NCBI GenBank assembly: GCA_038061225.1
Contig: JBBTZT010000003.1
Span: 113,092-177,091, forward strand
Origin: Patescibacteria group bacterium
GTDB lineage: Bacteria > Patescibacteriota > Microgenomatia > UBA8517
Direction of reading: 5' to 3'
Length of the DNA: 64,000 nt
Under the pieces are notes generated by a model. That model was not told the origin of the DNA and made no database searches. It was given only the letters and a program-made list of their open reading frames with translations. Positions 8,586 through 17,256 of the stretch are shown here, piece by piece; positions within the stretch are counted from its first letter, which is position 1, and each line of letters opens with the position of its first letter. A program made the translations under genes and the position numbers.

Positions 8586-9467
8586 ATGAATAATCCGAAA
8601 TTATCAATAATTATACTGAATTATAATACAAAAGAACTTCTCTCTGATTGTCTAAAATCTGTTAAAGAACATATGAATGAAGTTCCAATGGAAGTAATTG
8701 TTTCAGATAATTCATCAACTGACGGAAGCCAGATAATGATCAAAAAGAATTTTCCTTGGGTTAAATTTATTGAAGGAGAGAATGAAGGTTTTTCCAAAGG
8801 CAATAATAGGGCAAAGCCATACGTAAAAGGAAAAATGGTTTTGTTTTTAAATCCCGACACAATTGTTTATAAAGATGTTTTTGCAAAAACTGTAAGATAT
8901 TTAGAAGAACATCCAAAAGTTGGAGCAGTTACTTGTAAGTTGGTTCTGTCTGATGGCAGTATGGATAAAGATATTCGTAGAAAGTTTCCAACTCCAAGGA
9001 TATCTTTTAATAAGTTGGTATTAGGTAAAACTCGTGAGTACTACTATGAATATATTCCAGAAAGCGCAACTCACGAGGTTGAAGCAATTCAAGGAGCCTT
9101 TTTCCTTTCATATAAAAAACTTTTGGATAAAGTCGGTTGGTTTGATGAAAGATACTTCTTCGATGGCGAAGATGTAGATTTATGTTATCAAATTCATAAA
9201 GCTGGGTATTCACTAGTTTATTATCCTGATGTCCACATAACCCATTTGAAAGGTGTTACTAAAGGTAAAGTAAAGAAATGGAGATTTAAAGTAACTGATG
9301 CACAGAGAAAAAAATTAAGACTTGCTGGTGTTGCTTCGATGGAATTATTTTATAGAAAAAATCTTTGGGATAAATATCCATTAATATTTAATTACCTTAT
9401 TGTGTTGGGAATTAATCTGTTTAAAATAGTTAGATACGTGAAAGTAGTTTTACTTTCCTCCTATTAA
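8586..9467 (+). CDS. GT2 family glycosyltransferase
   Basis: LSIIILNYNTKELL...VSDNSSTDGS...EGFSKGNN...LNPDT. Confidence 0.7.
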   Translation: MNNPKLSIIILNYNTKELLSDCLKSVKEHMNEVPMEVIVSDNSSTDGSQIMIKKNFPWVKFIEGENEGFSKGNNRAKPYVKGKMVLFLNPDTIVYKDVFAKTVRYLEEHPKVGAVTCKLVLSDGSMDKDIRRKFPTPRISFNKLVLGKTREYYYEYIPESATHEVEAIQGAFFLSYKKLLDKVGWFDERYFFDGEDVDLCYQIHKAGYSLVYYPDVHITHLKGVTKGKVKKWRFKVTDAQRKKLRLAGVASMELFYRKNLWDKYPLIFNYLIVLGINLFKIVRYVKVVLLSSY

Positions 9468-10098
9468 TTATTTTTCTCCACTTTTCAATTTCTCTGTGGT
9501 TGCCAGTTAATAAAATCTTTGGAACTTTTAAGCTGTTGTAATCTTCTGGGCGAGTATATTGAGGGTATTCACTATTCATATTGGAATGAGATTCTTCCGC
9601 TAGGGACTCCGGTTTAATGACATTTGGTATTAGGCGTGTTACAGCATCTGTAATTACCATCGCTGGTATTTCTCCGCCTGTTAAAACATAATCGCCGATC
9701 GAAATGATCTCATCAACAAAATTTTCATGAACTCTATGATCAATTCCTTCATAGTGACCACAAATTAAAACTAATCTCTTCAATTTGGAATAGTCGTATG
9801 CTTTTTTCTGAGTAAATTTCTCTCCGCCCGCATCAGTCATTATTATTTTTAAACCTTTTGTTTTTGGTTTAGCGTCTATCGATTTTAATGCATTATCAAT
9901 AACATCAACGCGGATTATCATTCCTGCTCCACCACCGTATGGTCTATCATCTACAGTTTTTCTTTCATCAATTCCAAATTGACGCATATCAACAATGTTT
10001 AATTTCAAAAAGTCTTTGTCTTGTGCCCGCCACATAATAGATTCATTCATGGGGCCATCAAACATCTTTGGAAACAAAGTAATAATATCAATTATCAT
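9430..10098 (-). CDS. trmD: tRNA (guanine37-N1)-methyltransferase TrmD
   Basis: Full-length match to the TrmD architecture (MIIDIITLFPKMF..., RPYGGGAGM, GHYEGIDHRV). Confidence 0.9.
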   Translation of the reverse strand: MIIDIITLFPKMFDGPMNESIMWRAQDKDFLKLNIVDMRQFGIDERKTVDDRPYGGGAGMIIRVDVIDNALKSIDAKPKTKGLKIIMTDAGGEKFTQKKAYDYSKLKRLVLICGHYEGIDHRVHENFVDEIISIGDYVLTGGEIPAMVITDAVTRLIPNVIKPESLAEESHSNMNSEYPQYTRPEDYNSLKVPKILLTGNHREIEKWRKIINRRKVKLLSRI

Positions 10099-10120
10099 AT
10101 GGATATTGTATCATTTAAGA

Positions 10121-11245
10121 ATGCAAAAGGTTGTAATTGTAATGCCTGTCTGGAATGAGGCTTCAAATCTCCGTAAAATGGTTAAACAGCTTCTTGATGT
10201 TGAGTTTCCAATTATTAATGCAGAAATGAATTTGTTGGTTGTTGATAATCACTCAACTGACGACACTGTGCAAGTTGTAGAAGAATATTCAAAAAAAGAT
10301 AAACGAGTAAAGTTAATTCAACAAAAAAATAATGGTCTTGGCTGGGCTTATGTTTCTGGATTTCAATATGCAATGAAAGAATTTAATGCAGATGCAGTTT
10401 TGGAGATGGATGGAGATTTTCAACATCCAACAAGATTTATAAAACCAATGGTAGATACATTTTTAGCTGGTGCAGATTACTGTATTGGAAGTAGATATGT
10501 TAAGGGTGGGTCTATTCCTAAAGAATGGCAATTTTCAAGACGAGCAGTTTCATATTTAGGAAATTTATTTATAAGACTTGTTTTACTTAGACCTTCATTA
10601 CATGACTTGACAACTGGCTTTAGACTCTCAAGAGTAAAAGGGGTACTAGATCAAATTGATCTCCCTAATTTAATGGAACTTAATAGATTTGCATATAAAG
10701 TAGATCTATTATATCAATCAATTAAATTATCAAAAAAGACAGTTGAAGTCCCTTTAAAATTTGCGCCTCGAACAATGGAAAAATCTAAATTTAATCCAAA
10801 AGAAATGATTGCAACTTTTAAAGTAGCAATCATTTTAGGTATTAAGGATAAGATGAAAATTATCAAGTTTGGAATAGTTGGTTTTACTGGGTTTGTAGTT
10901 AATTATATTACTCTTCGAATCTTTCGAAATCTAGGATTTACTGAAACTTTATCTTGGGCTTTTTCTACAGAACTTGCAATAATTAATAATTATATATTTA
11001 ATAACATATGGACATTTAAAGAAGATGAAATAAAAGGAATAAAACAAACTATTCTTAAATTTTTCCAATTTAATCTAACATCAGCAGGAGCTCTTTTAAT
11101 ACAGTCAATAGCAGGTCCATTCGGGGTTAAACTCGTTGGTGTTCAATATGATGCATTAGTTTTAGCTTTTGTCGTATTGTTCTTGGTTATGCCTTACAAC
11201 TTCGCCATGTATAATCTCGTTATATGGAGAAAAAAGAAGGTTTGA
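10121..11245 (+). CDS. Polyprenyl-phosphate sugar synthase (Dpm1/ArnC/GtrB-like GT2) fused to a C-terminal GtrA-family 4-TM domain
   Basis: N-terminal VIVMPVWNEASNL...VVDNHSTDDT...MDGDFQHP GT2 core. C-terminal FGIVGFTGFVVNYITLRIF...ELAIINNYIFNNIWTF is the GtrA family. The ATG at 10121 is chosen to avoid trmD overlap. Confidence 0.7.
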   Translation: MQKVVIVMPVWNEASNLRKMVKQLLDVEFPIINAEMNLLVVDNHSTDDTVQVVEEYSKKDKRVKLIQQKNNGLGWAYVSGFQYAMKEFNADAVLEMDGDFQHPTRFIKPMVDTFLAGADYCIGSRYVKGGSIPKEWQFSRRAVSYLGNLFIRLVLLRPSLHDLTTGFRLSRVKGVLDQIDLPNLMELNRFAYKVDLLYQSIKLSKKTVEVPLKFAPRTMEKSKFNPKEMIATFKVAIILGIKDKMKIIKFGIVGFTGFVVNYITLRIFRNLGFTETLSWAFSTELAIINNYIFNNIWTFKEDEIKGIKQTILKFFQFNLTSAGALLIQSIAGPFGVKLVGVQYDALVLAFVVLFLVMPYNFAMYNLVIWRKKKV

Positions 11246-11417
11246 GTCAAAAACCATAATTTTTTCACATTCGTGTTTTGGTTTTGGAGGAAATATTTTT
11301 TCATCACATTTTAAACATACTTGACCTTCAAGCCTTATTCTTTGATGCGTTGCTCTCCAAATTCTTGCAATCTCCATCTGTATATAATTAGTCTTGAATT
11401 CGTATAAAACCCCACGC

Positions 11418-12569
11418 TTAAAGAAATGGTGCCCAGTCAGATATTGGCATGGCGTTTTGGGAAATGAAAGCAAGCGAATATAAATATATAGGAATAATTA
11501 TGACAGCCATAGCTATTTTAAATTCCTTTTTGATCAAAGTTTCTCTAAATCCAAGTAACAAAAATGGAATAAGTGGTAATGAATATCTCATTAAATCTCT
11601 ATGTGTCACAAATAAAAGAGGAGTAAAGAATACAAGTGCAAAATAAAAATAAGTTGTGAGTTTTTCTTGGTATAATTTATATACGCCAAGGATTCCAATT
11701 AAATATATAAAGATAATTTCTTCAAGCCAAAATGTACCTACCCAAGGAGCGGAATAATTAAAGATTTGGAAAGGAGGAAAGAAAAGATGCATGTTATCAC
11801 CTGATTTAAAATAAACCCAAAAATCACCATATGTAATTTTGTAAAATGAAAATACTAAAAACACACCAAAAGGAATTAGTAGCAGTGGCAAATATTTTTT
11901 GTATTCTATATTTTTTAGGTTTTTAAGATAGGGAATAAAAATTTGAAGAAAGTAAGCTACAAACAGCAATATTGCAGGTGATTTAGTCATTTGAGCGAGC
12001 ATTCCCCACATGCCTGCTAGCCAATATTTTTTCTTTCCAAAAAAGAAAGTTGATGCGAGTATCGCGGCAATAAAAAATGGTTCAGCTGAGCCGACTGATC
12101 TAACAATTAACCATCTGGCAGGAAAAATCGCAAAAACAAAAGTTAGCCATAATGAGTCATTATTATTTAAGAATCTTCTTGCGTGTTTGTAGAAGAAAAA
12201 TAAGGCAAGTAAAGAACTTGAAATAGTTACAAAAAGCATCGAATATGGGCTACCAAAAATTGGTGAAAATATCTTTATAAATATTGGAAACATTGGAAAA
12301 TGAGCAGAATAATATTCATTTGTTAATGGGAATTGAAAGTTCTTAGCTATTAATTCAGGATTATATAAAGTTTTTTCAGCAACCATATAAAGTGGACCGT
12401 CAAAATTCGACACGACAGTGGCCATTCCACCATCAGGTAGAGGAATATTCCAAAACTTCTCGAACCTAGCAAAAAACGGCATCCAAATAAAAAAAGTAGG
12501 CACGATTGTTAACAATATTAGTGGGATCAATTTTTTAAATTTATTCACCATAGTTTGATAATACCACAA
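11418..12569 (-). CDS. Polytopic membrane protein, PIG-V/GT76-like mannosyltransferase family (paralog of 49791..50930)
   Basis: About 9-10 TM helices. Shared motifs NFDGxxY, FPLxxxY and FP(A/T)..Y.E with 49791. Confidence 0.4.
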   Translation of the reverse strand: MWYYQTMVNKFKKLIPLILLTIVPTFFIWMPFFARFEKFWNIPLPDGGMATVVSNFDGPLYMVAEKTLYNPELIAKNFQFPLTNEYYSAHFPMFPIFIKIFSPIFGSPYSMLFVTISSSLLALFFFYKHARRFLNNNDSLWLTFVFAIFPARWLIVRSVGSAEPFFIAAILASTFFFGKKKYWLAGMWGMLAQMTKSPAILLFVAYFLQIFIPYLKNLKNIEYKKYLPLLLIPFGVFLVFSFYKITYGDFWVYFKSGDNMHLFFPPFQIFNYSAPWVGTFWLEEIIFIYLIGILGVYKLYQEKLTTYFYFALVFFTPLLFVTHRDLMRYSLPLIPFLLLGFRETLIKKEFKIAMAVIIIPIYLYSLAFISQNAMPISDWAPFL

Positions 12570-12598
12570 TTAGGCTCATGTATGTTAGACTTTAAACT

Positions 12599-13297
12599 AT
12601 GGATTCCATTTCTATTTTTTTTCCTACCTATAACGAAGAAGCAAATATAAAAGAGACGATTTTAAAAGCCCTAGAGGTTTTAAAGAAGAATTTTAAAAAC
12701 TTTGAAATAATTGTTGTAAATGATGGGTCTAGGGACAAAACCAGAGAAATTATAGAAAAACTAGGAAAAGAAGATACAAGGATACGAATAATAAATCATA
12801 AGGAGAACAAGGGTTATGGTGCAAGCTTAAAATCAGGTTTTTATAATTGTCGATATGATTGGATTGCATTTACTGATTCTGACGGACAATTTGATTTTGG
12901 TGAGATTAGTGAATTTATTAATAAACAAGGTGAGACAAATGCAGATTTAGTAATTGGATATTATAAAAAAAGACAGGTAAGCAAATTCAAAATAATAACA
13001 TCTAAAATGTGGGAAATATCTGTAGAGATGCTTTTTGGATTACATGTACACGATATTGATTGTGGATTTAAGTTAATTTCAAAAAAAATTATTGATAAAA
13101 TTCCTAAGCTTGAAAGTGAAAGAGGAGCTTTTATTTCAAGTGAGTTTTTGATCAAATCAAAAAAAGCTGGATTTAAAATTGTAGAAATTCCTGTAACCCA
13201 CTATCCAAGATTACAAGGTAAAGGTACTGGAAGAGATTTAAGAGTTATAATTAAAAGTTTTCTAGATCTATTTCGCCTTTGGCGCAAACTTAAATGA
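12599..13297 (+). CDS. GT2 polyprenyl-phosphate glycosyltransferase (Dpm1-like, soluble catalytic domain)
   Basis: ISIFFPTYNEEANI...VVNDGSRDKT...NKGYGASL. Confidence 0.7.
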   Translation: MDSISIFFPTYNEEANIKETILKALEVLKKNFKNFEIIVVNDGSRDKTREIIEKLGKEDTRIRIINHKENKGYGASLKSGFYNCRYDWIAFTDSDGQFDFGEISEFINKQGETNADLVIGYYKKRQVSKFKIITSKMWEISVEMLFGLHVHDIDCGFKLISKKIIDKIPKLESERGAFISSEFLIKSKKAGFKIVEIPVTHYPRLQGKGTGRDLRVIIKSFLDLFRLWRKLK

Positions 13298-14784
13298 AAA
13301 TTGAAAATTATCGACCAGCTATGCTGTGGAAATTAAAAATTACTGATTTTATAAAAGCTAATTGGTTATTAATTACAATATTATTGATTGGAAGTTTTCT
13401 TCGTTTATATAAAATCAGTGCTTATATGACCTTTTTAGGTGATGAAGGAAGAGATGTGTTAGTTGTTAGAAACTTACTAGTACATTTTGATCCCATATTG
13501 ATAGGTCCTGGAACTTCAGTTGGAGATATGTATTTAGGTCCACTTTATTATTATTTTATGGCTCCATTTTTATTTCTTTCTAATTTTTCTCCCGTTGGTC
13601 CTGCAGTAGGAGTTGCCCTTTTAGGCATTGCAACCATATATTTAGTTTATGTAACTGGCCATGATTGGTTTGGTAAAAAAGCTGGCTTAATTGCCTCTTT
13701 GTTTTTTGCCATTTCCCCTACAGTAATTATCTATTCCCGTTCATCTTGGAATCCCAACATAATGCCTTTTTTTGCACTTTTATCTATTTTTTCAATTTGG
13801 AAAGTTTGGAAAGAGAAAAACTATAAATATTTAATATATTCTGCTATTTCATTTGCATTTGTACTTAATTCTCACTATTTAGGTGTTTTATTATTGCCAG
13901 TATTATTTATTTATTGGTTTTTGTCGCGCCCCCCTATACGCTATACGCTATACGCTATTGCACTATTCTTATTTTTAATGTCTCCAATTTTAATTTTTGA
14001 CTTAAGACATGATTTTATGAATTTTAATGCCTTGATTAACTTTTTAAATTCAAACGGAAACAACTTAGGATTTAGTTTAAGTGGGTTTATTACAAAAATT
14101 TATGGAACATTTGAAATTATAATTAATAGTTTATTAATATCTAAAAATTTACAATTTGGAAGATATGTTTCTCTAGGAATAATGCTATTTTTAGTTTTTG
14201 TTTTAACAAAGAAGAAATTCAACATACTACTTCTATGGCTTGGCTTTGGAATTATAGGCTTCGGATTATATAATCTGTCTATATATGATCATTATTTTGG
14301 ATTTTTATTTGCCGCGCCATTTTTATTAATCGGAGGATTCATCGAAAATATTTTTGAAAATTTAAGTAAAGCGGGAAATTATGTTTTATTGTTAGCAATT
14401 TTATTATTGTTTATTGTAAATGTAATCAATAATCCATTAAGAAACAGTCCTAATAATCAAATGAAAAGAGCAGAAAATGTTGCTAATAAAATTATTGCAG
14501 AATCAAAAGATCAATATTTTAATATTGCTGTTGTTGCAGAACAAAATTATGAAGATGGATATCAATATTTTTTAGAAAAAAATAATTCTAAAATAATTGA
14601 AATTGATGCGCAACTTCCTGAGACAGTTGCTGATCAACTTTTTGTAATTTGTGAAAAAGTAAAAGAAAAATGTGACCCCACTCATTCATCTAAGGCAGAA
14701 GTGGCTAATTTTGGTTGGAGTATAATCAGCGAGCAATGGACTGTAGACGGAGTGCAGTTATATAAATTAATACATACAAAATAA
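13294..14784 (+). CDS. GT-C fold membrane glycosyltransferase, family A paralog 1 (ArnT/PMT-like, DE motif)
   Basis: FLGDEGRD first-loop motif and about 12 TMs. Paralogous to 15757, 17253 and 27577. Confidence 0.55.
   Translation: MKIENYRPAMLWKLKITDFIKANWLLITILLIGSFLRLYKISAYMTFLGDEGRDVLVVRNLLVHFDPILIGPGTSVGDMYLGPLYYYFMAPFLFLSNFSPVGPAVGVALLGIATIYLVYVTGHDWFGKKAGLIASLFFAISPTVIIYSRSSWNPNIMPFFALLSIFSIWKVWKEKNYKYLIYSAISFAFVLNSHYLGVLLLPVLFIYWFLSRPPIRYTLYAIALFLFLMSPILIFDLRHDFMNFNALINFLNSNGNNLGFSLSGFITKIYGTFEIIINSLLISKNLQFGRYVSLGIMLFLVFVLTKKKFNILLLWLGFGIIGFGLYNLSIYDHYFGFLFAAPFLLIGGFIENIFENLSKAGNYVLLLAILLLFIVNVINNPLRNSPNNQMKRAENVANKIIAESKDQYFNIAVVAEQNYEDGYQYFLEKNNSKIIEIDAQLPETVADQLFVICEKVKEKCDPTHSSKAEVANFGWSIISEQWTVDGVQLYKLIHTK
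13934..13958. repeat. 7-bp tandem repeat (CTATACG)x3.5 inside the CDS 13294..14784
   Basis: Direct reading of the sequence. Confidence 0.9.
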
Positions 14785-15773
14785 TGGCAAACTATAAAGA
14801 ATCTAAATTAATATTAGAAGAAATAAAAAAGGCAAAAAATATTGTTGTAAATTGTCATCGCGGTCCTGATGGTGATTCAATTGGTAGCGCTTTGTCAATG
14901 CAATCTGTAATTAGTAATATGGGTATAAAAGTTGATGTCATTTGTCCAAATCAATTGCCAGTCGACCTTTTATTTTTAAATAATAGTAATAATGTCAAAA
15001 TTGTTGATTTTAATAAGTTTGATTTTTCAAAATATGATTTATTTATTACTTTAGACTCTTCTACTTATGGTATGGTTACGGGAGATGAAAAAATAGAAAA
15101 ACCAGATATTAAAATAATTGTCATTGACCATCATTTTACTAACGAGGGTTTTGGTGATATCAATTTAATTGATAGTAAAGTTACATCTACAGCAGAATTA
15201 TTGTTTAAGGTTTTTGTAGATTGGAATACATCACTTGATAGTGATATTGCAACTAAATTATTAACTGGGATATTAAGCGATACAGGTTGTTTTCAATATG
15301 GTGGGGTAGGAAGACCTACATTTGAAATTGCAGCTAAATTATTAAGTTTAGGAGCAAACAAAGATGAAATAATTTTTAATATTTTTAGAAGTGTTAAGTT
15401 TGGAACACTAAAGTTTTGGGGGAAAGTAATTGAAAATATGCAATATGATATCAACTATTCTTTTATTTGGTCTGCAATTCCTTTATCTGTTTATAAAGAA
15501 TATGGTGAAGATTCATCTTCAAAAGAAGATGTTGCCAATTTATTTTCTCCTGTAGTAAGGGATACAGATTTTGGTTTGATTATGGTGGAAATTGATAAAG
15601 ACGTTTTAGCAATTAGTTTTAGAGCAAGGAGTAATTTTGATGTATCAAAAATAGCAGAAGCTTTGGGTGGAGGTGGGCATATTGCAGCATCTGGAGCAAA
15701 AGTTAAAGGGTTGTTTGAAGATTCTGTTAAGAAAGTTTTAGAAGTGTGTCGGAAATATGCTAGAAAAAATTAA
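14784..15773 (+). CDS. nrnA: DHH-family phosphoesterase NrnA (bifunctional oligoribonuclease/pAp phosphatase)
   Basis: HRGPDGDSIGSA and VIDHHFTNEGFGD DHH motifs; GGGH near the C-terminus (DHHA1). Confidence 0.75.
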   Translation: MANYKESKLILEEIKKAKNIVVNCHRGPDGDSIGSALSMQSVISNMGIKVDVICPNQLPVDLLFLNNSNNVKIVDFNKFDFSKYDLFITLDSSTYGMVTGDEKIEKPDIKIIVIDHHFTNEGFGDINLIDSKVTSTAELLFKVFVDWNTSLDSDIATKLLTGILSDTGCFQYGGVGRPTFEIAAKLLSLGANKDEIIFNIFRSVKFGTLKFWGKVIENMQYDINYSFIWSAIPLSVYKEYGEDSSSKEDVANLFSPVVRDTDFGLIMVEIDKDVLAISFRARSNFDVSKIAEALGGGGHIAASGAKVKGLFEDSVKKVLEVCRKYARKN

Positions 15774-17256
15774 AAAATTATATACCCTGCCTGCGCAGGC
15801 AGGTCCTTGGAATTTGATGATTTTGATTGTTTTACTTCTGGCTTTTGTTTTAAGAACTTATAGAATTGGGGAACTTCTTGATTTCCATTATGATCAAGGT
15901 AGAGATGCTTTAGTTATCTGGGATTTAATTAATAAAGGTAAATTATTTTTAATTGGTCCAACTACAGGTTTAGCTGGTGTATTTAGAGGACCATTCTATT
16001 ATTATTTAATTGCACCATTTTATTTTTTAGGACAAGGAAACCCAATTTATCCAAGCCTATTTTTAGCCTTAACTACTGTTCTTGCAATCTGGTTAATGTA
16101 CTATCTAGTATCAAAATTTCAAGATAAACAAAGCGGTTTAATTGCAATTTTACTGGCTTCTTTTTCATACTATATGATCTGGGCAAGTAGATGGTTAAGT
16201 AACCCTACACCAATGCTTTTATTATCCATGTTTTTGGTTTTGGGAATGTATATTGTTCTAAAAAGTAAACAATATGGATGGTATGTAATAGCTCTTGTTT
16301 CTGGTTTTTCACTTTTTAGTTTTGGTTCATCAGGTGAACTTTTCTACATTCCTGCAATTTTAATATTTTTGATATTGAATTGGAAAAACAGACCAAATGC
16401 AAAAACTTTAATTGTATCAACGGTTTTATTTATATTTACTTTCTCCCCACTTATAATTTTTGATATTAAACATAATGGAATTTTAAGGAATGGAATGAGT
16501 AAAAATTTTATTGAGGAAAAAAGTTTCACATTTCCTCCCAAAAATATTATAGAAAGTCGAACAAAATTGTACTACGAATCATTTTCAACAAAGCTATTCC
16601 ATTATAGAGGTAGATCAGAATTAATTTTACTCTCTATTTTATTAGTATTATTTATATACCTATTGCCATCACTTTATAAAAATAAATTTTCAAAAATTGT
16701 ATTACTATTACTCATTTCTCCATTGATTGGTCTTTATTTTTATCAAGGAAATAATAATAATTTCTATGAATATTATCTGACAGGTTATTATATGATTTAT
16801 ATAATGCTTTCAAGTTTAGTTCTAGGAAAACTATGGCAAAAAAAATATCTAGGGAAATTATTTGTAATTATTTTTTTATTAATTTTCATACGCAATAATT
16901 ATGAACCACTTAAGTTTAAATTGACATCTAATTCAGACAATCCAAACAGTATTACATTTATCAACCAACTACAAGCTGTTGATTATTTAGCTCATGATTC
17001 AGTTGGCAATAAGTTTAATATTGATGCCTATGTTCCCCCTGTCATTTCATATTCTTATGACTATTTATTTAAATGGAAAGGAGTAATACAAGAAGAAAAT
17101 CAGGTAAGATTACTTTATACCTTATACGAAGAAGATCCACCACATCCAGAAAGACTTAAAGCTTGGCTTGATAGACAAAAAGGAATTGGAAAAGTGATAG
17201 AAGAAAAAAAATTTGGTGCAATAACCGTACAAAAAAGGGAAAGGTTTGTTAAATGA
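15757..17256 (+). CDS. GT-C fold membrane glycosyltransferase, family A paralog 2 (start may instead be ATG 15817)
   Basis: HYDQGRDALV motif. Paralog of 13294. The N-terminal 20 codons contain the 18-bp palindrome. Confidence 0.55.
   Translation: MLEKIKKLYTLPAQAGPWNLMILIVLLLAFVLRTYRIGELLDFHYDQGRDALVIWDLINKGKLFLIGPTTGLAGVFRGPFYYYLIAPFYFLGQGNPIYPSLFLALTTVLAIWLMYYLVSKFQDKQSGLIAILLASFSYYMIWASRWLSNPTPMLLLSMFLVLGMYIVLKSKQYGWYVIALVSGFSLFSFGSSGELFYIPAILIFLILNWKNRPNAKTLIVSTVLFIFTFSPLIIFDIKHNGILRNGMSKNFIEEKSFTFPPKNIIESRTKLYYESFSTKLFHYRGRSELILLSILLVLFIYLLPSLYKNKFSKIVLLLLISPLIGLYFYQGNNNNFYEYYLTGYYMIYIMLSSLVLGKLWQKKYLGKLFVIIFLLIFIRNNYEPLKFKLTSNSDNPNSITFINQLQAVDYLAHDSVGNKFNIDAYVPPVISYSYDYLFKWKGVIQEENQVRLLYTLYEEDPPHPERLKAWLDRQKGIGKVIEEKKFGAITVQKRERFVK
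15786..15803. repeat. 18-bp perfect G+C-rich palindrome CCTGCCTGCGCAGGCAGG (copy 1)
   Basis: The sequence equals its own reverse complement. An identical copy lies at 43642..43659. Confidence 0.9.
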
